DNA of 64,000 bases from the NCBI GenBank assembly GCA_963771075.1, contig CAVYSE010000020.1, positions 79,651 to 143,650 of the forward strand, read 5' to 3'. Origin of the DNA: a candidate division FCPU426 bacterium. Lineage in GTDB: Bacteria; Oederibacteriota; Muellerivitia; Muellerivitales; Muellerivitaceae. The notes below the pieces were generated by a model. The model made no database searches. It was not told where the DNA came from and was given only the letters and a program-made list of their open reading frames with translations. The translations under genes were made by a program, and so were the position numbers. Positions 38,097 to 47,446 of this stretch are shown one piece after another. How positions within the stretch are numbered: the stretch's first letter is position 1; each line of letters opens with the position of its first letter.

Positions 38097-38128
38097 AAAA
38101 GGCGGACCCTTTCGGGAGCCGCCTTTTT
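38097..38128. terminator. Intrinsic terminator-like hairpin, possibly bidirectional
   Basis: AAAAGGCGG...CCGCCTTTTT inverted repeat with an inner CCC/GGG stem. Confidence 0.7.
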
Positions 38129-38145
38129 GATTTGGGGAGATTGAT

Positions 38146-39054
38146 TTGACTGAATTGAAAAATATTTATGACAGCGTGACCGAATTGGTGGGAAAAACGC
38201 CGTTAATTGAGGTGCAATGCCATGCTGTGCCCGGCGTTCAACTTTACGCGAAACTGGAAAGTTTCAACCCAGGAGGATCAGTCAAGGATCGACCGGCATT
38301 GCGCATGATCCGAGAGGGAATCCGGTCGGGCAAACTGACTCGCGATAAGGCGATCTTGGATGCGACCTCTGGTAACACGGGAATTGCCTATGCCATGATC
38401 GGCGCTGCGTTGGGATTAAAAGTTGTCCTGGCGATACCCTCCAATGTAAGCGAAGAACGAAAACGAATTCTTGAGACTTATAACGTTGAAATACATTATT
38501 CCAGCGAAATGGAAGGGTCGGATGGGGCCATCCTCCTGGCGAAAAAGCTGTTCCAGGAAAACCCCGGGAAGTATTTCATGCCGGACCAGTACAATAACCC
38601 CGAGAACCCTGTTGCCCATTATTTGACCACCGCCGAGGAGATCATGGAACAGGTGGGGAACCGGATCACCCATTTCGTGGCGGGTATTGGAACCAGCGGT
38701 ACCTTGATGGGGACGGGCCGCCGAATCCGGGAGATCAAGCCCTCGGTGAGAATTGTGGCATTGGAACCAGCAGAATCCTTCCATGGGCTGGAGGGGTGGA
38801 AGCACATGGCTTCCTCCATTGTCCCAGGAATTTATGATCCCCACGGGTTTGATAAGAAAATATCCATCGATACCGATGATGCCTACGAGTGGGTGAAGAT
38901 ATTGGCCCGAAAGGAGGGTCTCCTGCTGGGACTTTCCTGCGGAGGAGCCCTATCGGGTTGTGTGAAGTTGGCTAAGAAAATCGGAGAGGGTTGTATCGTC
39001 ACTATCTTTCCCGATTCGGGGGATAAGTATTTGTCCACCCGGGTCTGGGAATAG
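38146..39054 (+). CDS. cysM: PLP-dependent cysteine synthase (CysM/CysK family)
   Basis: NPGGSVKDR, ATSGNTG, DQYNN, GIGTSGT, DSGDKYLST. Confidence 0.88.
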   Translation: MTELKNIYDSVTELVGKTPLIEVQCHAVPGVQLYAKLESFNPGGSVKDRPALRMIREGIRSGKLTRDKAILDATSGNTGIAYAMIGAALGLKVVLAIPSNVSEERKRILETYNVEIHYSSEMEGSDGAILLAKKLFQENPGKYFMPDQYNNPENPVAHYLTTAEEIMEQVGNRITHFVAGIGTSGTLMGTGRRIREIKPSVRIVALEPAESFHGLEGWKHMASSIVPGIYDPHGFDKKISIDTDDAYEWVKILARKEGLLLGLSCGGALSGCVKLAKKIGEGCIVTIFPDSGDKYLSTRVWE

Positions 39055-39067
39055 TCTGGGAATCGGA

Positions 39068-39478
39068 ATGCTCCAATTTACGCAACAGGCAAAAAATGAA
39101 ATGGTAGGCATTGGAGAACGCGGATACCCCTTCGAGATTTGCGGCTTGCTGATGGGCCTGGCGAGAGCAACCAGAGAAGTTTCAGAGGTATTTGAGTGTC
39201 GCAATCTGAACCGGTTAAAGCCGGAGACCCGTTACGACATGGACCCGAAGGATTACATGAAGGGAGAGGCCCTGGCTCGGCAAAAGGGGTTGGATGTTGT
39301 GGGGATTTTTCATTCTCATCCCGACCATCCAGACAAAGCTTCCGAGACCGACCGGCAGGCGGCCTGGCCCGGGTTTTCTTACGTGATCATGTCGATCCAA
39401 AATGGTAAATTCACCTCGATGAAATCCTGGGTTTTGGACGAAAAGGAACAATTCCAGGAAGAACCCATCGCACGTTAA
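39068..39478 (+). CDS. JAMM/M67 metallopeptidase (Mec-like)
   Basis: YPFEICG and FHSHPDHPDKASETD (E...HxH-x7-S-x2-D). Confidence 0.92.
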   Translation: MLQFTQQAKNEMVGIGERGYPFEICGLLMGLARATREVSEVFECRNLNRLKPETRYDMDPKDYMKGEALARQKGLDVVGIFHSHPDHPDKASETDRQAAWPGFSYVIMSIQNGKFTSMKSWVLDEKEQFQEEPIAR

Positions 39479-39541
39479 TCGGTGGCTAGTGACCCTCCGG
39501 ACTTTGATATCATGGTTCTACTTTTGTCCAAGGAGGTTCCC

Positions 39542-39955
39542 ATGAAATTTCATACTGAATACCTTTGGTTTCAAACCAAGAAACACCGCGAATACATCAA
39601 TATCACCGGCGAGGTGGAAAAGGCGGTTCAAACGAGTGGCATTCAGGAAGGAATGGTTTTGGTTTCCGCTATGCATATTACCGCCGGGGTTTATATCAAT
39701 GATGCAGAGGACGGATTGATCGCCGATATCGACGAATGGTTGGAAAAGCTAGCGCCCTTCAAACAAGACTACCGACACCATCGAACCGGCGAAACTAACG
39801 GGGATTCCCACCTTAAAAGCCTGCTGGTGCATCATGAGGTCATTGTGCCGGTCACCAAAGGTCAGCTGGATTTCGGCCCATGGCAGCAGGTTTACTACGC
39901 TGAGTTCGACGGCCAACGGAAAAAACGATTGCTAATTAAGGTGATGGGGGAGTAA
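39542..39955 (+). CDS. yjbQ: YjbQ/UPF0047 family protein
   Basis: HITAG, NGDSHLK, GPWQQ, EFDG. Confidence 0.9.
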   Translation: MKFHTEYLWFQTKKHREYINITGEVEKAVQTSGIQEGMVLVSAMHITAGVYINDAEDGLIADIDEWLEKLAPFKQDYRHHRTGETNGDSHLKSLLVHHEVIVPVTKGQLDFGPWQQVYYAEFDGQRKKRLLIKVMGE

Positions 39956-40251
39956 TGGAGGTTTCAAAACCGGATTTTGAGAAATATCTCTTTGTTTGCG
40001 TCAATGAACGTTCCGAAGGCGAAAGGGTTTCCTGCGGTGGGACTTTTTGCGGAAAAGAACTTTCGGAGAACTTGAAAGAAAGGGTCCGGTTGGCGGGACA
40101 GGCGAACCGAATCCGGGTTTCCAAAAGCAAATGCTTGGATGTTTGTGAGGATGGCCCCAATGTTCTTCTTTACCCCGACAATTTGTGGTTTAAGCATGTG
40201 GGATTATCCGATATCCCGGCAATCCTTGAGAAATTGGGAATCCAAGCCTAA
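39955..40251 (+). CDS. Thioredoxin-like [2Fe-2S] ferredoxin
   Basis: FVCVNER..SC, KCLDVCEDGP, YPDNLW. Confidence 0.88.
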   Translation: MEVSKPDFEKYLFVCVNERSEGERVSCGGTFCGKELSENLKERVRLAGQANRIRVSKSKCLDVCEDGPNVLLYPDNLWFKHVGLSDIPAILEKLGIQA

Positions 40252-40327
40252 TATTAAGGAAGCGCCTTTTGTCCAAGGACGTTGGGACGAGGCGTTACCC
40301 TGGATAGGGGGAGATTGATTAGAACGT

Positions 40328-40669
40328 GGGGGTGACCGGTTTCGACTGGGGAACTGAACTTTTGGGTGCGTGTCGAGGCGCCATCGCTCGTCAAACATGG
40401 CAACGGTTTAACTGCCGACAATCAGTTAGCTCTCGCCGCTTAAGCGGTTAGCGTTTTACCCTTGATGCCTATTAAGGGGATAGAACGTAAGCAGTAGGCT
40501 GGTCCGGATCAGGGTTGTTCCACCGATGGACGGACGAGAAACAAAGGGACTGGCTCTCCGCCGGCCGCTCGGGAGCGAGCGGGGGGCGAGACTCTTTCCT
40601 GAGCTACGCACGTAGGGCCCATTACGGATGTTTTTCAGGACGTGGGTTCGATTCCCACCACCTCCACCA
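40328..40669 (+). ncRNA. ssrA: tmRNA, tag peptide (A)ADNQLALAA
   Basis: 5' GGGGGTG pairs with CACCTCC-ACCA 3' including G3:U; TTCGAC; T-arm GTGGGTTCGATTCCCAC; tag ORF 40414-40443. Confidence 0.96.
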
Positions 40670-40883
40670 TTTTTTGGTGAAAGATAAGCTGCCTATTCGA
40701 CTGTTCTTAAGTGTTGTAGCGTGAAAGACAAAACTCCCATACCCTAAATTGTCGCCCCTTTTTCAGGATTGGAATAAAGCTTTCTTCAAAAATCCTTTTG
40801 CCCGGGGCAATTTAAACTTTGCAAATAATATGTGTTTTGTTAGACTTTACTTCTAATTTCACTTCCTCAAGAGGCGACCATCA

Positions 40884-41912
40884 ATGAAATTACGTTTCGT
40901 CATTATTGCCATCGTTGCAGCTTTGAGTTCTGGAAATTTAGCGTTGGCAGTGGGTCCAACCTACGTTCGTGATGCGATAGCCGTTTCCACGGAATGGACC
41001 CAGGCAAACAGTCCCTATGTTCTACAAAATGACATTGTCGTTAATAAAGGCGCTGTTCTCGCGGTGGATCCGGGCGTAACGGTTCAGTTCATGGCACCCA
41101 CAACGAGCAAGCCGGGTTCGGGTCCTAACCTAGTGATCCAAGGCGGGTTGAAAGCGATTGGGAATTCCGCCACGCCGATATCCTTTATGCCGGCGGTCAC
41201 GGGATCGCTTTGGGGGGCTCTCTATTTCGCGAACGCCGATTCCTTAAATTCGGTCCTTCAAGGCTGCTTGATCAAGGGTGGACGCATCATTTTTAACGGT
41301 TGTTCCCCCACCATTACTCAGTGCGCGATTTATGGTTCCAAAACGGGAGTAGAAGTTCTATCGAATTCCCAAGCTCAAATTATGGGGAACCGCATTACGG
41401 CAAATGGTGTGGGAATCGCTTTGTTATCCGACACCGCCAGCCCCGTGATCTCCAAGAACGAGATCTATAACAATAATTTCGGGGTTTACATGAAAGATTT
41501 CGGTATCCCGACTATTTCCGAGAATCACATCTATAATAATATTAAGTACAACATGGTGAATTATTCCGCAAAGCCCTTGGCCGTTCCCAATAACGATTTT
41601 CGTTTGGCGGATGCCCAGCAAATCATGCGGACCATCTACGATGGCGCGTATAATCCGAGTTATGGCCGGTTGAATTTCATGCCTTTCGTAGGAATGGCCT
41701 CGGCTCAAACCGCTCCTGTAGTTACTTCAGCCGCTACGGCCGCCCAGGAAAAGCCAACCATTCAAGAAGAAGACTTTTGGAGCTACGGCCGTCCGTTTGA
41801 CGCGATGAAGGTGAGCAATTTAGACGCCCAGAAAAAGAAACCCTCGAGCGCTATCAAAATTCTTGCGATCGGTGCGACGGCGGTTGTGACCGTCGTTCTT
41901 CTTTTCATCTAA
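40884..41912 (+). CDS. Exported right-handed beta-helix (NosD/pectin-lyase-like) protein with C-terminal TM segment
   Basis: Signal peptide; WTQANSPY, PGVTVQF, repeated I.xN.I.xN; hydrophobic C-terminus. Confidence 0.75.
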   Translation: MKLRFVIIAIVAALSSGNLALAVGPTYVRDAIAVSTEWTQANSPYVLQNDIVVNKGAVLAVDPGVTVQFMAPTTSKPGSGPNLVIQGGLKAIGNSATPISFMPAVTGSLWGALYFANADSLNSVLQGCLIKGGRIIFNGCSPTITQCAIYGSKTGVEVLSNSQAQIMGNRITANGVGIALLSDTASPVISKNEIYNNNFGVYMKDFGIPTISENHIYNNIKYNMVNYSAKPLAVPNNDFRLADAQQIMRTIYDGAYNPSYGRLNFMPFVGMASAQTAPVVTSAATAAQEKPTIQEEDFWSYGRPFDAMKVSNLDAQKKKPSSAIKILAIGATAVVTVVLLFI

Positions 41913-42102
41913 AGCCCAAGAATTTCACGGGTTTATTTGAAGTGGTAGTTTTTTCGTTGAGCCAACCCTGCAAGGCAACTCACTTCCTAAAAATATTTGG
42001 ACAGGGCCAAATCATTTGATGACCCTCACGAAATGAAGTTTTGGCTGGATTTCCCAAACCCTGGTGAAATTCGCCACTCAATTCGCTATCCTGGGATTCC
42101 AA

Positions 42103-42468
42103 ATGTATATTGAAAAACGAAGGGAAAACCGCGTCTTTATTTCGTTGCCCGTCCGCTTTAAGGTGTTTGACTTGGAGCGCCTTCCGGAAGAAGTAAAGGA
42201 CGAGCGAATGGTCGAGAACGCACAGATTCAAGATTTGAGCTTGGGCGGTCTCCAGGTCTTATCCGCGACGCGCCTGAAGGATGGGGATGTGATGGAATTG
42301 GAAATGGAAATTCCCGGAAAAGGAATAGCCCGCTCTGTGGCCAAAGTGGTTTGGAGCCGGGAGGTGCCCCCGGGAGGCTCCTGGCAATGCGGGATCCATT
42401 TCATTCCCGTTTATGAGGAAGATCTGCGTATTCTCAACGACTTTTTTGGGACCGGGAACGTTATCTGA
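42103..42468 (+). CDS. PilZ-domain protein
   Basis: EKRRENR, DLSLGG, AKVVW, GIHF. Confidence 0.88.
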   Translation: MYIEKRRENRVFISLPVRFKVFDLERLPEEVKDERMVENAQIQDLSLGGLQVLSATRLKDGDVMELEMEIPGKGIARSVAKVVWSREVPPGGSWQCGIHFIPVYEEDLRILNDFFGTGNVI

Positions 42469-42842
42469 TGCTTTCACCCATCGAAAAACCCCGCGCTTTA
42501 AGGATTCCCCTGCGCGTTCCTCTCCGGTTACGGCTGGTTAAATCTCCCGTAGGCGAAAAACCCGAACTTGAATTTCACAACGGGAATAATGAGATGTCCA
42601 ACTTGAGTCGAACTGGTTTTTTCCTCTCGACCAAGAATTTCTTTGAGGTGGGTTCTCTATTGGAAGTGGAATTTCCGGTCAGAATTATGGAGGAGCTCCT
42701 TCGGGCGGAGGCGGAAGTGGTTCGAGCAAACAACCAAAATTTTCCAAATCAAGGCCGTTTTGAATATGGTTTGCAATTTACGTCGATGCACCCGCATTTT
42801 CGGGAAGGGTTAAATAGTTATTTGTCCGCTTTAGGGGCATAA
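42468..42842 (+). CDS. PilZ-domain protein, degenerate
   Basis: EKPRALR (first Arg lost), NLSRTG, AEVVR, GLQF. Confidence 0.8.
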   Translation: MLSPIEKPRALRIPLRVPLRLRLVKSPVGEKPELEFHNGNNEMSNLSRTGFFLSTKNFFEVGSLLEVEFPVRIMEELLRAEAEVVRANNQNFPNQGRFEYGLQFTSMHPHFREGLNSYLSALGA

Positions 42843-42877
42843 AACCGCCCGTTCAGGTTTGTCTCACCAACCTTTTA

Positions 42878-42906
42878 TTGCCCTCAGACGGCCCTTTTGC
42901 TAGAAT
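42878..42906 (+). promoter_or_regulatory. Putative sigma70 promoter of the skp-lpx operon
   Basis: TTGCCC-N17-TAGAAT with TG extension. Confidence 0.55.
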
Positions 42907-42937
42907 CCAGCCTTAAATTTTTCCACAAGGAGATTCC

Positions 42938-43456
42938 ATGCGTTTCTTATCATTGTTTTTGGCAGCCTTTCTTGCCGCGGGTTTGGCCCTGGCGGGAGAC
43001 ATCAAAATCGCCACGGTTGATCTTCAAAAACTTTTCAAAGATTATCCAGGCACCCAAAAGGCCGAGGATAAGTTGAAAGATATCGAAAAAAAGAAGATCA
43101 AAGAGTTAGCGCCGATGGAAGATGAATTGAAAGATCTTCAAAATGAATTACAGAACAACAGCTCGGTTCTTTCGAAGAAGGAAAAGCAGGAAAAAAAAGA
43201 GCTTTTTGGGCTAAAAATGGATGAGTACACCAAAGCGAAGTCACAGGTCCAATTGGACTTGCAGACCAAAGAAAGCGATATGACCCAAACGGTTTTGGGA
43301 GAGATTAAGGGGATCATCGCGGGCGTGGCCAAGGACAAGGGTTTTGATCTGGTCCTGGATTCGGAAAAAACCGCCTATGTCAAGGGCGGAACGGACATTA
43401 CGGACGAAGTGGAAAAGCAGTTTAAATCCTCATCGGATAGTTCAAGTTCGAAGTAA
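42938..43456 (+). CDS. skp: OmpH/Skp periplasmic chaperone
   Basis: Signal peptide, KIATVD, coiled coil, GFDLVLD, DITDEV. Confidence 0.9.
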   Translation: MRFLSLFLAAFLAAGLALAGDIKIATVDLQKLFKDYPGTQKAEDKLKDIEKKKIKELAPMEDELKDLQNELQNNSSVLSKKEKQEKKELFGLKMDEYTKAKSQVQLDLQTKESDMTQTVLGEIKGIIAGVAKDKGFDLVLDSEKTAYVKGGTDITDEVEKQFKSSSDSSSSK

Positions 43457-43480
43457 TCGCATTAACGGAAGCGGGTGGTC

Positions 43481-44518
43481 ATGGCCTCATCCTTCACCCT
43501 CCGTCAATTAGCCGCTGAAATTGGTGGCACCTTTACCGGGGACGGACATCTGGTTTTGACCGGACTGGCACCCCTGGATACGGCTGGGGAAAGTCAGCTG
43601 TCTTTTTTGACCAATCCCAAGTACGCCAAACTGGCCGAGACCTCACGGGCCTCGGCCATCCTGGCGGAAAAACCTCTGGAAGGACTTTCAAAGCCCTTCC
43701 TTCTATCGCCGAATCCATACGCAAAACTTCCCCGTCTTATCCAGCTTTTTTACCCATCCACCAAGCCTGAACCTGGCATCCAGGAGGGGGCTTGGGTTCA
43801 TCCCCAAGCGACGGTTGATCGATCCGCGACCCTTTATCCCGGAGTCGTGGTGGCTTCCGGGGCTAAAATCGGCCCCCGAACGGTTTTGTACCCGGGTGTT
43901 TTCCTGGGGCAGGACGCGGTCGTAGGCGAGGACTGCGTTCTTTATTCCAACGTCACCGTCCGAGACCGGTGTTTGTTGGGAAATCGGGTTATCCTTCAGC
44001 CGGGCGTGGTTGTTGGAGGGGATGGATTTGGGTTCGCCCCGGACAAAGGTACCTATGAGAAGATCCCCCAGGTGGGGAATGTGATATTGGAAGATGATGT
44101 GGAATTGGGCGCAAATACCTGCGTGGACCGTGCCGCCCTGGGTTCGACCCGAATTGGCAAGGGGACCAAATTAGATAACCTCATCCAGATCGGCCACAAC
44201 GTGGTGATCGGGGAAAATTCAATCATTGTCTCACAAACTGGAATTTCGGGGTCCACCCAAATTGGTAACCACGTCGTCATGGGTGGACAAGTCGGGCTCG
44301 CGGGCCATTTGAAGATTGGGGATCATGTGACCCTGGCGACCCGGACGGGGGTTATGGAGGATATTCCTGAAAAGGGGGTCTACTGGGGATCACCTTCCAG
44401 CCCCATGTCCGTCGAAATGAAAAACGTCGCCGCCTACCGTCAATTGCCGGACGTGATCAAGCGTCTCCGTCGGCTCGAGAAGGTTTTTGAGAAAATCGAA
44501 AAGGAAAACCAAGGTTGA
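43481..44518 (+). CDS. lpxD: UDP-3-O-acylglucosamine N-acyltransferase
   Basis: LSFL, NPY, GDGFGF, KIPQVG, DRA, KLDNLIQIGHN, hexapeptide repeats. Confidence 0.96.
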   Translation: MASSFTLRQLAAEIGGTFTGDGHLVLTGLAPLDTAGESQLSFLTNPKYAKLAETSRASAILAEKPLEGLSKPFLLSPNPYAKLPRLIQLFYPSTKPEPGIQEGAWVHPQATVDRSATLYPGVVVASGAKIGPRTVLYPGVFLGQDAVVGEDCVLYSNVTVRDRCLLGNRVILQPGVVVGGDGFGFAPDKGTYEKIPQVGNVILEDDVELGANTCVDRAALGSTRIGKGTKLDNLIQIGHNVVIGENSIIVSQTGISGSTQIGNHVVMGGQVGLAGHLKIGDHVTLATRTGVMEDIPEKGVYWGSPSSPMSVEMKNVAAYRQLPDVIKRLRRLEKVFEKIEKENQG

Positions 44519-45822
44519 GACTCCAGCGAACCCTGGCCCAACCCGCCCAATTTGAGGGGCGGGGCTTGCACACCGGCAAAACCGCCCATATCCGGGTTCT
44601 CCCCGCCGGGGTAGATCAGGGGGTATCTTTTTATCGAACCGATCTTCAGGCTTTGATCCCCCTTACCCCCTTGGGAGTGACCAATACTGCCCGTGGGACC
44701 ACCCTAAGCGGAGAAAAGGGCGCCTCGGTTCATACGGTTGAACATCTTCTTTCCGCGATCAAGGGGCTTTTTCTCGATAATTTAATTATTGAGATTGATT
44801 CGGAAGAGGTTCCGATCATGGATGGGAGCGCGGAACCCTTTTATAAGGGTTTGGAGGCCAGCGGGGTAGTGGATCAGTCCAAAAGCATCCATCCCATTCA
44901 AATACACGAAACTTTTGAAATGACATTCGGTGATATCTTTCTCAAGGCTGAGCCTTCGGAAAGTCTTGAGTTGAATTGCCATACGTCCTTCCCCTCGCCC
45001 GGCCTCGAAAATCAATATTTCCGGTTTACACTCGAAAATGGTTCCTTTGGGAACCAATTGGCGGGCGCCCGGACCTTTTGCTTTGAGCAGGAGGTGGAAG
45101 CCTTGCGCCGACAGGGCCTGATCAAAGGCGGGGACCTCCAATGCGCGGTTGTCATCGGGAAGGAGGGGGTATTGAATCCTCCCCTCCGCTATGAGGACGA
45201 AATTGTCCGCCACAAGACCTTGGACCTGCTTGGGGATCTCGCACTTTTAAACCGCCCCTTGTTGGCTAAGATCACGGTGAAAAAGGCCGGGCATCGGTAT
45301 CATGTGGAATTGGCGAAGGCGATTTTAGAGAAATTCGGCAATGGGAAGGAATCACCCGGCGCCACAAAGGGGGAAACCAAGATGATTGATATTTTGGGGA
45401 TTCAAAAGGCTTTGCCGCACCGTTATCCTTTTTTGCTGATTGATCGGGTTTTGGAACTCGATGAGAAAAAAGTGGTGGCGATTAAAAATGTGACGATTAA
45501 CGAGGGCTTTTTTCAAGGTCATTTTCCGGGGCATCCCATCATGCCGGGAGTTCTGGTGATCGAGGCGATGGCCCAGGCTGGTGGAATGATTTTTCTTCAT
45601 AACGGGGATGGCAAAAAACTGCTTTATCTGGCCGGGGTGGATAAAGCCAAATTCCGTAAACCCGTCTTTCCCGGGGATCAAATCCGTTTTGAGGTAGAGG
45701 TCCTGGTTTTGAAATCGAAAGTGGGGAAAATAGCGGGTAAAGCGATCATCGACGGAAAGGTAGCGGTACAGGCCGAACTGACCTGCGCCATCGTCGATCG
45801 AGACGAAATGGTTCAGGAATAA
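44515..45822 (+). CDS. lpxC-fabZ: Bifunctional LpxC deacetylase / FabZ dehydratase
   Basis: GLHTG, TVEHLLSA, PIMDGS, RHKTLDLLGDL; then LPHRYPFLLID, GHFP, MPGVLVIEAMAQ. Confidence 0.96.
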   Translation: MRLQRTLAQPAQFEGRGLHTGKTAHIRVLPAGVDQGVSFYRTDLQALIPLTPLGVTNTARGTTLSGEKGASVHTVEHLLSAIKGLFLDNLIIEIDSEEVPIMDGSAEPFYKGLEASGVVDQSKSIHPIQIHETFEMTFGDIFLKAEPSESLELNCHTSFPSPGLENQYFRFTLENGSFGNQLAGARTFCFEQEVEALRRQGLIKGGDLQCAVVIGKEGVLNPPLRYEDEIVRHKTLDLLGDLALLNRPLLAKITVKKAGHRYHVELAKAILEKFGNGKESPGATKGETKMIDILGIQKALPHRYPFLLIDRVLELDEKKVVAIKNVTINEGFFQGHFPGHPIMPGVLVIEAMAQAGGMIFLHNGDGKKLLYLAGVDKAKFRKPVFPGDQIRFEVEVLVLKSKVGKIAGKAIIDGKVAVQAELTCAIVDRDEMVQE

Positions 45823-45825
45823 ACC

Positions 45826-46611
45826 ATGGCCGATTTGGTAGTCGAGATCCATCCCACGGCGGTTGTTCATCCGAAGGCCCAGTTTGGCCCGGGGGTCAAG
45901 ATCGGGCCCTACGCCATCATCGATGAGCATGTGAAGCTGGGCGAGGGTACGACTATCGGGCCCCATGCCGTCGTCACCGGACGCACCACCCTGGGAAAAA
46001 ATAACCGTGTTTTTCCAGGCGCGGTGCTTGGGAGCGAGCCCCAGGACGTGAAGTTCCATGGTGAGGAAACCTATCTCATCATCGGGGATGACAATCTTTT
46101 TCGCGAACACGCGACGGTCAACCCCGGAACCGGGGAAGGATCTAAGACGGTCATCGGCGACGACAATTGGTTCATGATCCAGACCCATGTGGGACACAAT
46201 TGCGTGATTGGCAGCCACATCAAATTAGCGAACCTCGCCACCCTCGGGGGTCATGTGCTGATCGAGGATCACGCGACGATCGGTGGTGTCACCCCGATCC
46301 ACCAGTTTTGCCGGGTGGGTTGCTATTCCATGATCGGAGGCGGGTTTCGCGCGGTTCAGGACGTCGCGCCCTACATGATCGCGGGCGATGAACCACTTCG
46401 CATCCATGGGATCAACCAGATCGGACTGGAAAGAAACGGGTTTTCCAAGGAAACGATCGATACCCTCAAGAAGGCCCATAAGGTCATTTTCCGGAACAAC
46501 CTTACCTTGAAGGAGTCCATCAAAGCCTTGAATGATGATTTTCCACCCATGCCCGAGATCAGGCACCTAATTGAATTTCTAGGTTCCTGTGAGCGCGGAA
46601 TCGTCCGCTGA
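45826..46611 (+). CDS. lpxA: UDP-N-acetylglucosamine acyltransferase
   Basis: IHPTA, PQDVKF, HVGHNC, LGGHV, IHQF, RGI. Confidence 0.96.
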   Translation: MADLVVEIHPTAVVHPKAQFGPGVKIGPYAIIDEHVKLGEGTTIGPHAVVTGRTTLGKNNRVFPGAVLGSEPQDVKFHGEETYLIIGDDNLFREHATVNPGTGEGSKTVIGDDNWFMIQTHVGHNCVIGSHIKLANLATLGGHVLIEDHATIGGVTPIHQFCRVGCYSMIGGGFRAVQDVAPYMIAGDEPLRIHGINQIGLERNGFSKETIDTLKKAHKVIFRNNLTLKESIKALNDDFPPMPEIRHLIEFLGSCERGIVR

Positions 46612-46614
46612 CCC

Positions 46615-47424
46615 GTGGAAAACCATGAACCAGTCGGCTTGGTGGCGGGAGCCGGCGAACTTCCCCTCCATTTCGCCCGTCAAACCCAAATCAAAGGGCA
46701 TCCGTTATTTCTCTTCGCCCTAAAGGGTTCGGCGGATCCCCGACTTTTTTCTTTCGCAAAAAAGGTTTGTTGGGCCAACCCGGGTCAGGTAGGTTCCCTC
46801 GGCTCTTTTTTCAAGAAAAACAAAATCCGAAAGATCGCTTTCCATGGCAAAGTCCAACATGGATCCTTTTTTCAGAAGGTTCAGTTTGATTTAAAGGGTC
46901 TATCCCTTTGGATTAAGGCTAAGGACAAGTCGGGTGCGGGGCTGTTAAGGGTTTTGGGCATGGAATTAAAAAGAAACGGCATTCTCGTTTTGGATGGCCG
47001 TTACCTAATGGAGGATTTGCTTGTCTCAAGGGGGTGTTTAACCCGAACTCGCCCTCCCAAAAACTTTGCTGGTATGATCCAAAGGGGTCTGCGCCAGGCC
47101 AGGGAATTGGCCCGTTTGGGGGTTGGACAGTCTATCGTTGTGAAAGCGGGAGCCGTGGCGGCTGTAGAAGCCATGGAAGGCACCGACGAAACAATCCGGC
47201 GTGGCCGGCAATGGGCGGGAAAGGGGATCCTGCTGATCAAATCGGCGGGACCCAACCAGGACTGGCGATTTGACGTGCCTACCATCGGGTTCAAAACGGC
47301 CCAAATCCTCTCCATCACGAGGGCGGAAGGCGTGGTTCTCGAAGCCGGAAAAGCGTTCCTCCTGGAAAAAGAAAAAACCCTGCGTTTCGCCGACTCGAAA
47401 AAAATATTCATTCTGGCGGTTTAA
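46615..47424 (+). CDS. lpxI: UDP-2,3-diacylglucosamine pyrophosphatase LpxI
   Basis: GLVAGAGELP, VGQS, AVEAMEGTD, QDWRFDVPTIG. Confidence 0.92.
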   Translation: MENHEPVGLVAGAGELPLHFARQTQIKGHPLFLFALKGSADPRLFSFAKKVCWANPGQVGSLGSFFKKNKIRKIAFHGKVQHGSFFQKVQFDLKGLSLWIKAKDKSGAGLLRVLGMELKRNGILVLDGRYLMEDLLVSRGCLTRTRPPKNFAGMIQRGLRQARELARLGVGQSIVVKAGAVAAVEAMEGTDETIRRGRQWAGKGILLIKSAGPNQDWRFDVPTIGFKTAQILSITRAEGVVLEAGKAFLLEKEKTLRFADSKKIFILAV

Positions 47425-47446
47425 GCGAATAGGTCCCGAAGGGCTG

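Noticed and set aside
40515..40724. 69-aa ORF
   Set aside because: It lies largely within the tmRNA gene.
40670..42100. Genomic island integrated at the tmRNA 3' end
   Set aside because: No integrase, and I saw no duplicated ssrA 3' end in the window.
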